A DNA stretch of 64,000 nucleotides from Octopus vulgaris (lineage: Eukaryota). Where the stretch lies: assembly GCA_951406725.2 (NCBI GenBank), contig OX597826.1, forward strand, positions 72,044,001 through 72,108,000, given 5' to 3'. Under the pieces are notes generated by a model that ran no database searches, had not been told where the DNA came from, and was given only the letters and a program-made list of their open reading frames with translations. The translations under genes and the position numbers were made by a program. Shown here one piece after another: positions 24,461 to 41,175 of the stretch (within the stretch, counting starts at the first letter, position 1; each line of letters opens with the position of its first letter).

Positions 24461-25330
24461 CAGTGGTTCTCAAACAGGATCCATATGGTGCTTGCAGGGC
24501 CCTTGTAAGATTTTACAGATAAGGTTTAACAGTGGTTCTCAACCAGGATCCATATGGCACTTGCAGGGCCCATATAAGATTTTACAGATAAGGTTTAACA
24601 GTGGTTCTCAACCAGGATCCATATGGCACTTGCAGGGCCCATATAAAATTTTACAGATAAGGTTTAACAGTGGTTCTCAACCAGGATCCATATGGCGCTT
24701 GCAGGGCCCATTTAAGATTTTACAGATAAGGTTTAACAGTGGTTCTCAACCAGGATCCATATGGCACTTGCAGGGCCCATATAAAATTTTACAGATAAGG
24801 TTTAACAGTGGTTCTCAACCAGGATCCATATGGCGCTTGCAGGGCCCATTTAAGATTTTACAGATAAGGTTTAACAGTGGTTCTCAACCAGGATCCATAT
24901 GGCACTTGCAGGGCCCATATAAAATTTTACAGATAAGGTTTAACAGTGGTTCTCAACCAGGATCCATATGGCGCTTGCAGGGCCCATTTAAGATTTTACA
25001 GATAAGGTTTAACAGTGGTTCTCAACCAGGATCCATATGGCGCTTGCAGGGCCCATTTAAGATTTTACAGATAAGGTTTAACAGTGGTTCTCAACCAGGA
25101 TCCATATGGCGCTTGCAGGGCCCTTGTAAGATTTTACAGATAAAGTTTATGTGCAATAAATGGTTATATTTCTACAATTGATAAAGTATCTTAGCAATTT
25201 TTAATACAATTCCTTATAATATTTAATTATAGATAAGATTTTTTTTTAAACATTGAATGGCTAAGAAGGTCCACATGAGTAAAATAGGAATTAAAGGGGT
25301 TCAAAGGCAAAAAATGGTCAAGAACCACTG
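24461..25330 (+). mobile_element. hAT/Charlie-type MITE whose first 69 bp are tandemly amplified 10 times
   Basis: TIR CAGTGGTTCTCAA recurs every 69 bp from 24461 to 25082; single right TIR TCAAGAACCACTG ends at 25330; interrupts the Helitron AVHL-ESGQRVYF motif. Confidence 0.9.
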
Positions 25331-25765
25331 ACTTAGAAAGTGGTCAAAGAGTTTACTTCACCAAAGCAGCTGTTGCATAACAAGGCCCCAAAAGACATAA
25401 TGCTTACAACCTCTCTTTTGAAATTATACCAATAATATTCCTTTACAAAAACGATGAGATTCTGTCCAACCATACATGGAATAACAAGCAATGGAGATGA
25501 AGAATACAAAGTGTCTCAGCTGAAGATCAACATTACATGGATATTGATAGTGCCATTGAAAGAGAGTACACTGTACATGCCAGACAGCATCAATGTTTCT
25601 TTCTATGACTTCATAAAATAGGAAGTTCAAGTTAATTTCAAGATAAAATTTGCACTACAGAGTGATGTGCTTTATAACTGGATTACTGAAAAATGATGTC
25701 CAGTAAGATGAAGAGTGTCTGGAGCTTTTTAATCACAAACACCCAAAGGTCATTAGGATCTTTAA

Positions 25766-25985
25766 CCCTTTCATTACCGTATTTATTTAGAGATACTCTG
25801 TGTTTACTTCAGTTATTTTAAATATAACAAAGAATTTAGTAAAACAACTTAGTTATCATTAACCTAGTGTTAGGGACATAAGCTGTGACTAGGTTTGGTG
25901 GAAGATTTTAATTCAAATCTTATGAAAACAAGACATTTGTACGATAGAGTCAGAGCTGGTTTCAGCCAGGTTGGTAATGAAAGTG
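25766..25985. mobile_element. TTAA-type (piggyBac-like) MITE, 220 bp
   Basis: TTAA on both sides; TIR CCCTTTCATTACC / GGTAATGAAAGTG (12/13 match). Confidence 0.8.
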
Positions 25986-28308
25986 TTAAGCTATGCTGAG
26001 CCATCCAGTTATTTCAGCTTTGGTTGAAGAACTGGAATGACCCAAGAACTGGAATGACCCAAGTTTAATAGATTTGCCCCAGAAGGGGAAATAGAGTTCT
26101 TAGATGAAATTAATGAGACATTCTTTATCAGCATGCTCAATGATATAAACGGCCAAGAACTTACAAAAATATGGCTTCTCTTACTTAAACGGCACTGAAG
26201 ACAATAATCTAACAACAGAAATTTTGAAAGAGGCATCATATAATGTGGAAACATTTATAGTGTATGTAAAAGCACCCACTACACTCTCGGAGTGGTTGGC
26301 GTCAGGAAGGGCATCCAGATCTAGAAACTCTGCCAGATCAGATTGGAGCCTCAATCAAGCCGTCTGGTTCGCCAGTTCTCAGCCAAATCGTCCAACCCAT
26401 GCTAGCATGGAAAGCAGACGTTAAATGATGATGATGATGAGGTAAAAGACAAAGAACACAGACTCACTGTGAAAGACAGAGTAATAGACTATTCTACTAT
26501 TTTTTAAAGAGTTTGACAATGTGAGGTTGGAATTGTCTTCCTTCCTGGTGACATTGTAACTGGAAATATTTCTTGATCAGTCTATTGCTTACCAAACTCT
26601 GTCAACTTATTGCAATAGTGTGTTCAGATATTGCTGCCACACTCCTTCCTTAGAACTCTACAGCACAGTGTGCTTTCAAACTCCTCTTGGAATTGGGTAG
26701 AAACGGTTCTCCTGTTTGTGATATTGCCAAGAATTCTGAAACTAGACAAGTTTTTAGATACCAAATGATTGCCTAGAATGAATGTATTATTATTCACAAG
26801 AGAACTTTTGAGGCCCTGAACAGGACATTGCATGAACTGCATGACAAAAGATTTCAAATGAATGGAGTAGTCAGATTCTGCTAATGATAACAAAAGGAAA
26901 GAAAGTGTATAAAAGTCACGCTTGTCTTAAAATGTCATTGCTTTGAACCAAACTTAAATTCTTCAAACTCTCTACAAGACCATTCAACATTTTTAAAGAT
27001 CAATAATTTGGTCATTTTGCAAAAAATTTATTACAAGTTGAAGAGGGAAATATCTTTCTGACAGTAATGGTAACATGAACACAGTTCCTATAATTGCAGT
27101 GGTTAAGATACCAGGTAGTTTAGTATCAAAGAAATTCCTTGGTCAGCAAGATTTTCACCTAACACACAAGTGACTGTATGGAGAAAAAAACTGTTCGGAC
27201 AACTATGACAACTGGTATCTGTTACAAGAATATTCAGGAAATAGTCACAGCTACAAATCAGCAGACACCGTTGTGAATCAGAAAGAAATTGTTCATTATC
27301 CAATAGAATTACAAAATCCATTGGAATCTTCAGATTTACTGCCAGACAGACATCAGCTAAAAACAGAATCACCAATAATTCGGATCAGTTACAAGTGTGC
27401 AATAGCACAAAACAGATGGCTAAGTGGCTTGCAACACATGTCACTTGCAACAATGGATGCACCAAAAGACAGATGCAACTACACTCAAAATTCCACCTAT
27501 AAAAACAGATGTGCTCTTTCAGTTTAAAAGTCTGCAGTTTGCAGAATGTCTAAGCTTCAACATGTTAAATCAATAAATCCCAAGGGTAAACATTGAAGGT
27601 TGCTGGACTGCATTTTGAGAAACTAATGGCTAGTTATATACTAGATGCTTAAGAAATGGAACCCTCTCACCTTCATCATCATCATCATCATTTAGTGTCC
27701 ATTTTCCATGTTGGCATAAGTTTAGGGGAGTTTGACAGGAGCTGGCTGTTTTGGCTTGATTTCTACAGATGTATGCCTTTCCTAATGCCAACCACTTCAT
27801 AGAGTGTACTGGGTACTTTTTAAATGCACCATCACCAGTGCATTTTACATGGTACCAGTGCTTTTTCTATGGCACCATCACCAGTGCTTTTTAGATGGTA
27901 CTAGCACCAGTGCATTTTACTATATCTTTACTACCCACAAGGGGCTAAACACAGAGGGGACAAACGAATTAAGTCAATTATATTGACCCCAGTACGTAAC
28001 TAGTACTTATTTAATCGACCCCGAAAGAATGAAAGGCAAAGTCGACCTCGGCAGAATTTGAACTCAGAACATAACCGCAGACGAAATACTGCTAAGTATT
28101 TCACCCGGCATGCTAACGATTCTACCAGCTCGTCGCCACACCAGTACATTTTACATGGTACCAGCACTAGTGCTTTTTACATGACACCATGATCTTTTTA
28201 ATTCCTGTTGGTAAATAAAAAGCATTGTACATGCTGAGAGCTGACATGACAATGTTTGAGGACTGCCAAAAGTTATAAAGTGTACAAATTTAATACCATA
28301 AAACTTAA

Positions 28309-28529
28309 CCCTTTAGCATTCAGATTACTCTATGAGATGTAATTCTTATTTATTCACATCATTTGAAATTAATTATACATTATCTCCATAGCTTTGAGAT
28401 TTCAATGATGTGATTGTTTATTTTTAAAATGACACGGCATAGTAGGTGTGAGAGGCCAGAGCTGACTAGTTTGAAGATAAAACTGGTTGAATATTTTGGC
28501 CAGATATGGCCAGTTTAAATGCTAAAGGG
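28309..28529. mobile_element. TTAA-type (piggyBac-like) MITE, 221 bp
   Basis: TTAA on both sides; perfect 12-bp TIR CCCTTTAGCATT/AATGCTAAAGGG. Confidence 0.88.
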
Positions 28530-29079
28530 TTAAAAAGAGCATCACAGTTCTTAAATATATTTCTATCAGTACATATATTGAGGTCTCACTATTTAGGTGT
28601 GTGGATGTCCTTTGAGCATTCTGGGTACTGCATATCATGAGAATAACTTCATTTCCAAGAATGGGTTGCTTCTCAACACTTCTACTCATTTCACTAATAA
28701 TTTCAAGAATTAGATAATATCAAAAAAAAAAAAAAAAGTAAAAATGTTCTATTCATATGTTCATACTTAATTTGCATGAATTAGCATATGTTATTTTTAC
28801 AATCAAATTATAGAATACACTATTAATATTGAGTGCGTATCTGCAGTGTGTTGCATTACAGAAACCAGATGGCTATAAATGTATAGGATGGCAATTTCAA
28901 GTCTTAGCTGAATGCTAATTTTTCAAGAGTAATCCAATATTGTTTGATTAAACTAAATATGCCTTCATTAAGAACACTTTTTGAGGAAAGTATATAGCTA
29001 CATTCCAGCCTGGAGTAATCTCAACTGTTCTACTGATATGTGTGTGTGTGTGTATATATATATATACACTTTTTACAAT

Positions 29080-29168
<89 letters not shown>

Positions 29169-29460
29169 ATACATACATACCTATATATATATAACATAAT
29201 CATTTAATGTCCATTGTCCATGCTGGACAGTTTGACCAGGGCTGGTAAGCTGAGGTGCTGAATCAGACTCCAGTCTAATTTGGCATGATTTCTATGGCTG
29301 GATGCCTTCCTAGCACCAACCACTCCAAGAGTGTAATGAGTGCTAATACGTGTCGCTGGCACAGGTGCTAGTTGCATGACACCAGTATCTGCCATGACTA
29401 CAATTTCACTTGGCTTGATGGGTCTTCTCAAGCACGGCATACTGCCAAAGGTCTCAGTCA

Positions 29461-29508
<48 letters not shown>

Positions 29509-29549
29509 ATATATTTATATTTATATTTATATATGTTATATATACATAT

Positions 29550-29582
<33 letters not shown>

Positions 29583-29587
29583 ATCAA

Positions 29588-29618
<31 letters not shown>

Positions 29619-30064
29619 ATATTAGGGAATAAATCCAAATTTACAGGGAAAAAATCAGATTTAGGATTAAATCCAATATATATAATCAAAGTAAACAACA
29701 AGAATATCTTCGGTAATTTGGTACGATCGTTTCATGCTACATCATTTTATTAAACATTGTAAGTATTACAACAGTTTTAAAATGTTGAGCAATCATCAGC
29801 CGTTTATAGAGGTTTTCCATCAATACATATAATTATTTACATGTTAATTAATAACATTATAAAGAGAGTAGATATATAGACAGAGATGTTGATTTGAATG
29901 TTAAGAACATTAAGGTATTAGAATTTATCAATTTCAGTGTCTGTCTACCAAATCCATTCACAAGGCTTTGGTCGGCCTGAGGCTATAGCAGAAGACACTT
30001 GCCCAAGGTGCCACTCAATGGGACTGAACCCGGAACTATGTGGTTGGTAAGCAACCTACTTACC

Positions 30065-32160
30065 ACACAGCCACTCTTGTGCCCATCTCGACAGTTAATC
30101 AAGTTACTCAAGGGGTCATACCCAATGACTGGATTAGTAATATTGTAAACTGCTGCAAGAGCAAACCAGGTGCCTTAGAGAGAAAGGAAACAACAGTAGA
30201 ATCAAACTATTGTATCATGTTACGGTCACAGAGAGATCACAGTATAACTGAACGATGAAAGAGTAGACCCAGATGAGATGTATTTTGGCTTCATGCCAAG
30301 AATTACCATGGCTGCAATCTTCCTAACAAGGCAACTTCAGGAGAAATACTTGGTTAAGAGTAAACCACTATTCCTGGAATTTGTTGACTTGGAGAAGGCA
30401 TTTGACATTCAGTAATTTAATGGTTACTAAGGAAACTAGATGTAAATAAATGACTTATTGAGGGCTGTACAAAATATGCACAAATATGCAGTAAGTAAAG
30501 TGAGAATCAACAATGAATTTAGTGACAAATTTTTAGCCTTGAAGGAAGGTGCCCATCAAGATTTAGTCCTCAACCTGTCTCCTATTCTTCATAATCCTAC
30601 AAACCATCACACAAGTCTTTCAGACTGGTTGTCCAAAGGGACTCTTATAAGCTGGTTCTTGCAGAAGAATCTATAGAGGAATTAGAGAGAAAATTCCAGG
30701 CATAGAACCTAAACCTAGAATTTAGAGGCTTCAAGATAAACTTAACAAAGTTTAAAGTTTTAGCGAGTAGTATCTTTAAGGAAATAACAATATGTAGAAA
30801 TAGAGTAAGTATAAACTTCATGTGCTAAACTTAATATAAGCTATGAATACACAGGAGGTCTTGTGGAATTACAGGCAAACTAACGTAGAATGTAAGCTTC
30901 ATATATGACCATTGCATTGGAACAGTTTATACTAAAAACTCACCAAAAACTTTTTTAAATGACCAAATAGCTTACTATAAGTAGTCAATTGCTTTTGTTA
31001 CCTAAAAGATATATATTTCTTTGCCACCCACAAGGGGCTAAACATAGTAAGGACAAACAAGGACAGACAAATGGATTAAGTCGATTACATCGACCCCAGT
31101 GCGTAACTGGTACTTAATTTATCGACCCCGAAACGATGAAAGGCAAAGTCGATCTCGGCAGAATTTGAACTCAGAACATAACGGCAGACGAAATACCACA
31201 AAGCATTTCGCCCGGCGTGCTAACAATTCTGCCAGCTCGCTGCCCTAAGAGATATAATCAGCAGGGAGGTTGTTGCTTGGAGAGTATAGTAGCCAGGATA
31301 AGGATAGGAAAAGTTCAGGTTAATACAACTGCTGTTGACAACAATCTTTTCCCTCAGAGCGAACGGCAGATTGTATGATGCTTGTGTTAAACCTGTGATG
31401 CTGCAAGGTAGTGAGACATGGACCTTAAATGCAGAGGGCTAGAGAAAACTGGAGAGGAATTAAGTCAGAATGCTCTGATGGATATGCAATGTTTGTGTGT
31501 ATAAAAGACAAATTACAACTGAATTTGGAGAAAAATTGGACATAAGAGGAATCACATGTAGTGTTTTAGAAAGTTGATTGCACCGGTATGGACTTGTGAT
31601 GCATATGGATGAGGAAAGCTGTATAAAGAATTGCCAATCACTTAGTATAGATGGAGCTTGCAGAAGAAAGATACCCAGGAAAACATGGGACAAAGTAGCA
31701 TAAGTTAATTTCAGGACTTTGAATCTCATGGAGGAGATGAAAAATGACTGAGATGAAGTTGCTGGAAATGGAGATCTCCAGGTCCAAATTCTTGGAAGGC
31801 ATGCTACATGGTAGTGAGACATGGGCTTTGAATGTAGAGAACATGCAAAGACTGGAAAGAAATGCAGCAAGCATTCTTCCCTGCATGTGCAATGTCAGTG
31901 TGCAATGAATAACAAGGTATGTTGAGAAAAAAACTGAGTGTAAGACGAATCAGATGTCGTGTGAAAAAGAAGTTTGATTATGTGATGAGGACAGCTTTAT
32001 AAGAAAGTCTTGTCAATGTGGATGGAACTTGTAGAAGAGGGTGACCCAGGAAAATGTGGGATGGAAGAGTGAAGGCTGATCTCAGGATGTTGAGCTTCAC
32101 AGGTAAGATGGCAAAGAACTGGGATGAATGGCAATATTCAGTGCTCAAGAAGATTACTCC
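30065..32160 (+). mobile_element. Decayed RTE-clade LINE (RT domain and C-terminus) plus a second 3' fragment at ~31795-32160
   Basis: FGFMP, AIFLTRQLQEKYL, FVDLEKAFD (~30380), LQGSETW, PRKTW; SINE inserted at 31015-31245. Confidence 0.85.
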
Positions 32161-32682
32161 TCGCAGTAAAAGCGAGATTCTAAAAGCATTAAATGTGTGC
32201 ATACAACTGGGTCCTACACTCCCAGTTTGTCCTTGACAAGCACTCCCTATCTTCACACATCTTCCTCTCACTCATTTCCTCCATCACTCTTCTAGCTACT
32301 GCACTATTCTGCCACTGTGAATAAATGAGAAAAGAACTACATACTTCATCATCATCATCATTATCATCATCATCATTACCACCATCTTCGTTTTGTTTTA
32401 TGTCCAGTTTTCATGCAGCCATTGAATGGGGACAGGAGCCAGCCTAAATCTGAAGATGCTACTCATGAAGAATGAGTTGAAGGGCAGCATCTCGATTGCA
32501 AAATTCATTGTGTGTGTGTGTGTGTGTGTGTGCATGTGTGCATGTGTATGTATTAGTTTCAAATTTTGGCAAAAAGCCAGTATTTTCAGGGGAGTGGATA
32601 AGTTGATTACACTGACTCCAGTGCTTGACTCAGTTTATTCAATCGACTCCAAAAAGAGGAAAGGCAAAGACAACCTCAGCAG

Positions 32683-32728
<46 letters not shown>

Positions 32729-33117
32729 GTATGTGTATTTTTCATTGTGTACAAATAACACAGAAGAAATAAGTAAATAGTTACCAGGGTAGCAAAAGTT
32801 CATATTATAAAAGTGGAAATTCCAGGGCTAAGTGAAATATTTTTGTATAACATAGATAAATTAAGAAATGGAGTCAAACGCAGGTGTTATTTAAATCTTT
32901 ATACTTCCGACATATGTTTCGCAGAAAACGTTGATATTATTCCGGAGAATAATATCATGTCGGAAGTTTAAGATTTGAATAACACCTGCATTTGACTCCA
33001 TTTCTTTATATATATATATACATATGTATCATCATCATCATCATCATCATCGTATATATATTAAATATATATATGTTAAATAAATGTGTGTATGTATGTA
33101 TATATATATATATATAT

Positions 33118-33641
33118 CATCATCATCATCATCATCGTTTAACATCCGTTCTCCATGCTAGCATGGGTTGGATGGTTCGACCGGGGATCTGGGAAGCCAG
33201 AAGGCTGCACCAGGCTCCAGTCTTATCTGGCAATGTTTCTACAGCTGGATGCCCTTCCTGACGCCAACCACTCCATGAGTGTAGTGGGTGCTTTTTACGT
33301 GCCACCTGCACAGGTGCCAGGCAAGGCTGGCAACGGCCACGGTCGGATTGGTGTATTTTATGTGCCACCGGCACGGAAGCCAGTCGAGGCGGTGCTGGCA
33401 TCGGCCACGAGTCGGATAGTGCTTTTTACGTACCACCAGACCAGGGATCCTGGCTGGTTCAATTCGATTTCGATTTCGCTTGCCCCAACATGTCTTCGCA
33501 AGCAAAGGGGGTTGGCATGGGTGCCTGTCGTACGGTTGGATTGGTGTATTTTACGTGTCACCGGCACGGAAGCCAGTGGAGGCGGCACTGGCATCGGCCA
33601 CGAGTCGGATAGTGCTTTTTACGCACCACCAGACCAGGGAT

Positions 33642-33642
<1 letters not shown>
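33118..33642 (-). mobile_element. RTE 3'UTR-only copy (others ~5835-6020, 10975-11620, 26265-26440, 27670-28190, 29200-29460, 34277-34448, 48830-49010, 52820-53277, 62975-63576)
   Basis: Same 3'UTR and (GAT)n tail as 35800-36137, with a variable number of GCCRGTGGCACGTAAAAAGCACC subrepeats. Confidence 0.85.
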
Positions 33643-33699
<57 letters not shown>

Positions 33700-34276
33700 T
33701 GTTTATTTTTATTTCAATTTATAAAAACAATTTAACATTAAAATGAAGAATTACTCAAAACTTCTTTGTTGAGTACATGTTTATTATACTTCTTTACAAG
33801 AAGTTGGGTAACAGTGACATCAAAATGTCAGCCTCTTAGCTTTCATTGAACTGTCTAATGAAGAGAAGTAAGCCAAAACTTTGAAGTCCCTGTCACCACC
33901 ACTCTTTCTGTAAAAGTATTTTTATATATGTGGTGGCACAATGGCCCAGTGGTTAGGGCAGTGGACTCATGGTCGTAGGATCACAGTTTCGATTCCCAGG
34001 CCAAGCGTTGTGAGTGTTTATTGAGCGAAAACACCTAAAAAGCTCCACAGCTCTGGCAGAGGGTAAAGACGAACCCTGCTCTACTCTTTCACCACAACTT
34101 TCACTCTTTCTTCCTGCTTCTATTGTACCTGTATTTCAAAGGACCAGTCTTGTCACACTCTGTGTCACACTGAATCTCCCCAAGAACTACATTAAGGGTA
34201 CACGTGTCTGTGGAGTGCTCAGCCACTTGCATGTTAATTTCATTGATTGGATCAACTGGAATCCTCATTGTCGTAA

Positions 34277-34310
<34 letters not shown>

Positions 34311-35029
34311 GTTTAACGTCCGTTTTCCATGCTAGCATGGGTTGGACGGTTCGACTGGGGTCTGGGAAGCCAGGGGCTGCACCAGGCTCCAGTCTGATCT
34401 GGCAGAGTTTCTACAGCTGGATGCCCTTCCTAACGCCAACCACTCCGCGATATATATATATATATCTATTTCTTTACTACCCACAAGGGGCTAAACACAG
34501 AGGGGACAAACAAGGACAGACAAACGGATTAAGTTGATTACATCGACCCCAGTGCGTAACTGGTACTTAATTTATCAACCCCGAAAGGATGAAAGGCAAA
34601 GTTGACCTCAGCGGAATTTGAACCCAGAACGTAACGGCAGACGAAATACGGCTATGCATTTCGCCCAGCGTGCTAACGTTTCTGCCAGCTCGCCACCTTT
34701 TTATATATATATATCATCATCATCAGCATTTAATATCTGTTTTCCATGTTGGCATGTAATAATTATTTCAGATTTTTGCCATGAGGGCAGCTTGGGGGCA
34801 GTAGGAATTTGTTGATTACATCAACTTCACTGTTCAACTGGTACTTATTTTATCAAATTTTATCAACTCCCGAAAAGGATGAAAGGCAAAGTTGGCACAA
34901 GGCCAGTAAATTTGGGGAGGGGATAAGTTGATTAGATCGACTTCAGTACTCAACGGGCACTTATTTTATTGACCCCAGAAGGATGAAAACCAAAGTTGAC
35001 CACAGTAGAATTTGAACTCAAAACAAAAA

Positions 35030-36137
35030 GACAGTCAAAATTTTACTTGTGCGGCAGATGCACAGGGGCAATAGACACCACTGATACTCAGAAAACACAT
35101 TCCATTACACTCCTGGGAGAGAAACTAGATGTAGTTGATAGTTTCCGCTACCTACGTGACCAAGTTAGTAGTGGGGGTGGATGCTCAGAGAGTGTTACCA
35201 CTAGAATAAGAATAGCCTGGGCAAAGTTTAGAAAGCTTCTTCCGCAACTGGGGAAAAAAGGTCTCTTGCTCAGAGTGAAACATAGATTGTACGACGCATG
35301 TGTGCAAACTGCCATGCTTCACAGCAGTGAAACATGGGCTGTGACTGCAGAGGACATGCGTAGACTTGAAAGAAATGAAGCTAGCATGATCCGCTGGATA
35401 TGTAATGTCAGTGTCCATGCACGACAGAGTGTAAGTGCCCTGAGAGAAATGTTGGACATAAGAAACATTGGATGCAGCATGCAGGAGAGACATTTGCGTT
35501 GGTATGGTCATGTACTACGGATGGATGAGGAGAGATGTGTGAAGAAGTGCCACTCCCAAACTGTTGAAGGAATCCGGGGTAGAGGTAGACCCAGGAAGAC
35601 ATGGGATGAGGAGGTCAAGCATGACCTTCATACATTGGGCCCCACAGAGGCTATGATGAAAGACCGAGACTTAGAAGACCCGACAAATGAAGTGAGTTCA
35701 TGGCTCGCAGGACGGCCTACTGTGCAAACCTTGGATCATAGTGACCCACTGTTCTTGAGGAGACCTATTAAGTCAAGTACATCAAAATAAAAATCAAATG
35801 GAAATTGTAGTTAAGATACCCGTGCCAGTGGCACGTAAAAAGCACCATCCAAACGTGGCTGATGCCAGCACTGCCTGACTGGTGTCCGTGTCAGTGACAT
35901 GTAAAAAGCAACAACTGATCGTGGCCATTTGCCAGCCTCCTCTGGCTCCTGTGCTGCAGGCACGTAAAAAGCACCCACTACACTCATGGAGTGGTTGGCG
36001 TTAGGAAGGGCATCCAGCTGTAGAAACACTGCCAAATCAGACTGAAGTCTGGCACAGCCTCCTGGCTTCCCAGACCCCGGACAAACCGTCCAACCCATGC
36101 TAGCATGGAAAACGGACATTAAACGATGATGATGATG
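35030..36137 (+). mobile_element. 5'-truncated RTE-clade LINE: ORF C-terminus, 3'UTR and (GAT)n tail
   Basis: ORF 34996-35790: VDSFRYL..RIRIAWAKF..HSSETW..RWYGHVLRM..GRGRPRKTW; 3'UTR GTGGTTGGCGTTAGGAAGGGCATCCAGC..CCCATGCTAGCATGGAAAACGGAC..(GAT)n. Confidence 0.92.
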
Positions 36138-36139
36138 AT

Positions 36140-38490
<2,351 letters not shown>

Positions 38491-38673
38491 GTTAACTTTG
38501 TTGCCACGAGACCAATAGATGAAGGATATAATAATAATAATAATATGTTGTCCTTGATTTGGTAAAAATAAGTTTGACTGAAAAATTTGGAAGTAGATTG
38601 TTGAGATTTAAATGAATGCATAGATAGACAGATATGTGCATATATACATAGATATGCGTGTACATATACATAG

Positions 38674-38752
<79 letters not shown>

Positions 38753-38845
38753 TGGATGGATGGATGGATGGATGGATGGATACATATCATTTGTATATTA
38801 TGTATGTAAAATGTAGTTATATAGAAAGATAAATATATATTGCAT

Positions 38846-38881
<36 letters not shown>

Positions 38882-39053
38882 GTATGTATAAATTATTTAT
38901 ATATTATATATGTGAGATGTATTTATATATATATTCATATGTATTTGTGTGTATGTGTGAATGCATATATATAGACAAATATATACATATATATATATAT
39001 ATATATATGAGAACAATATATATATATATATATATTTGTATGATGTGTGTGTG

Positions 39054-39093
<40 letters not shown>

Positions 39094-39326
39094 TGTGTAT
39101 GACTTTAGAAAGAGAGAGACTGATTGACAAAGTCAAATCGGCAAATAAACGAAAGGACACAGACCCCCTTGAGTATCAGGACATAAAGAGAGAAAAGGGG
39201 GGAAATCTGAATAAGGGGACGTAAGAGGAGGCACAGAAATGGAATAAACGACAAAGGGAAATATATATATATATAAAAAAAAAAATACGATAAAGAAAGA
39301 GAGAGATGAAGAATGTGAGTACCTAC

Positions 39327-40042
39327 CCATTGTTGGTGTCGTCTAAACTCTGTTGATGTTGGTTGTTCTGTTTGTTGGAGGGGGCTGACGAAAAAATTGG
39401 CACCTTCGACTGAGAGCGGCTCTCTTTACGAGCACGTGTTGAAGCGGCTACAGTGGTGGACAGACTCATTTTGGATCACAGCACAGCAAGGAAACTTCGC
39501 AAACGGAGTTCGTTTTCACAGCACAGCACAGCACAGCAGCAGACGACGACTTTCTTCCTCCACTACTTTTTTTTTTTACCTACTTTCTTGGTTGCTTGTG
39601 GTGGTATCGTGTCGTGTTGATGATGATGATGGTGATGGTGATAAACAGAAAGAAAGTGTGCTGGTGGTGGTGGTGGTAGTAGTTTGCTAGCTACTTGGTG
39701 GTGGTCGTGGTGATGTGGTGATGATGATGGAGGTGGTAGTAGTTGTGGTGGTGGTAGTAGTGGCTCGACTCTTGTGGTTCGAGTAGTAGTATAACGGCAA
39801 CGGTGACAAAATGAAATGTGGAATGAAGACGGTTCTGAGGGTTGACTACACCCGAGTCTCTACAAGAATCAAACTGTGTAGCGGTGTTTATATTTAGTTG
39901 AGTGTGTATAACTATCACTTTGTTTCTGTGAGTGGGTGTGTGTTTTTCCTCTCTTTCAGTGCTTGATAATATTTCTACGTTAAAAACTAATTATAAATAC
40001 ATCGAACGAACGTGCGCGATTTAATTTCTGACAGACACACAC

Positions 40043-40102
<60 letters not shown>

Positions 40103-40780
40103 GCACACGCACGCACACACGCCTATTAACGTGTATGTACAGGTGTGATGATTTTGTATACGCGGATATAAACGCACGCGTATACCTGTGTGTGTACCTG
40201 TGTGTGTGTGTGTGGTTTCTGTGTAATAAGTACGGTTCTATACACGTGTGTGTCTGTTGTGTGCTAGTGTGCCGAGTATGGAGTACCACTTGTTGCTAGA
40301 GATGTGTCGATCCAAGTAGGTTGAGATCCATGTTCAAAGCAGTGACGCCGTTTCTCTGACGTGAAATCTCTGTTATTCCAACGTGTTGTAGTCTCCAACT
40401 CTCTTTTACCATTCCACTTGATCAATTCTAATTTCTCTTACACTACTTTTTCAATTACCAATTACCGTTTGTAAACAATCTTCTCAGCACTGGTTTTTCT
40501 ACACAGTTTGTCTATGAGAATAGACTGATAGAGAGAGAGAGAGGAAGGAGAGACGGAGAGAGAGAGAGAGAGAGAAAGAGAAACAAAAAACGAGAGAGAG
40601 AGAGAGAAAGTGAGAAAGAGAGAGAGGAGATGCTCAAAGACTTTATTTATTCCTAAATTTAATCAAAAGGTGTATATACTAACATCCACACTCCATGGTG
40701 AATACTTTTATTAAATCCAGTACCCACTTGTTGCAGTTTCTGTTTTGATTTTTTGTTGTTGTTAAATATATTTGCGTGCC

Positions 40781-40811
<31 letters not shown>

Positions 40812-41138
40812 TCGTTCTGTGGCTATTTCTCCTGTGTCTTCTTTAGGAGATCCTTATTAACTTTGATAACGTTCACGGGAATTACTTTTTTTTTTCCCCC
40901 AATTTATCTTTAATGACAACGACGACGACGACGACGATGACGACGACGGTACTGTTATGATAATGATGCTGATGATGGTGATGATTTAAATATATATTCT
41001 TCGAGTCGAAGAGGGATTCCTTCTTGCCAAGGAATTCTTCTTTTTTTTTTTTTCAAATATTGATAATGCTGTCAATCCAAGTTGCCGAATATCGAAATAC
41101 TCACAAAGCATGCATACATGCGTGCGTGTGTTTATATC

Positions 41139-41175
<37 letters not shown>

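Larger units (their letters stand above)
23500..27665 (+). pseudogene. Fossil Helitron Rep/Pif1-helicase coding region with nested insertions
   Basis: Ordered motifs: LPHVHILIW (HUH, 23604), PCGALNKTSPFM (~23990), AHINAKLCNSIKFIKYV*KYFVKGSD (24227), AVHL/ESGQRVYF, SDIAATLLP..AFKL (26625), YPIELQNPLESSDLLP (27296), INxSQG*TLKVAGLH (~27570). Confidence 0.88.

Noticed and set aside
24492-25181. 229-aa ORF with 23-aa repeats
   Set aside because: By-product of the 69-bp array (a multiple of 3); TTG start; lies inside a MITE
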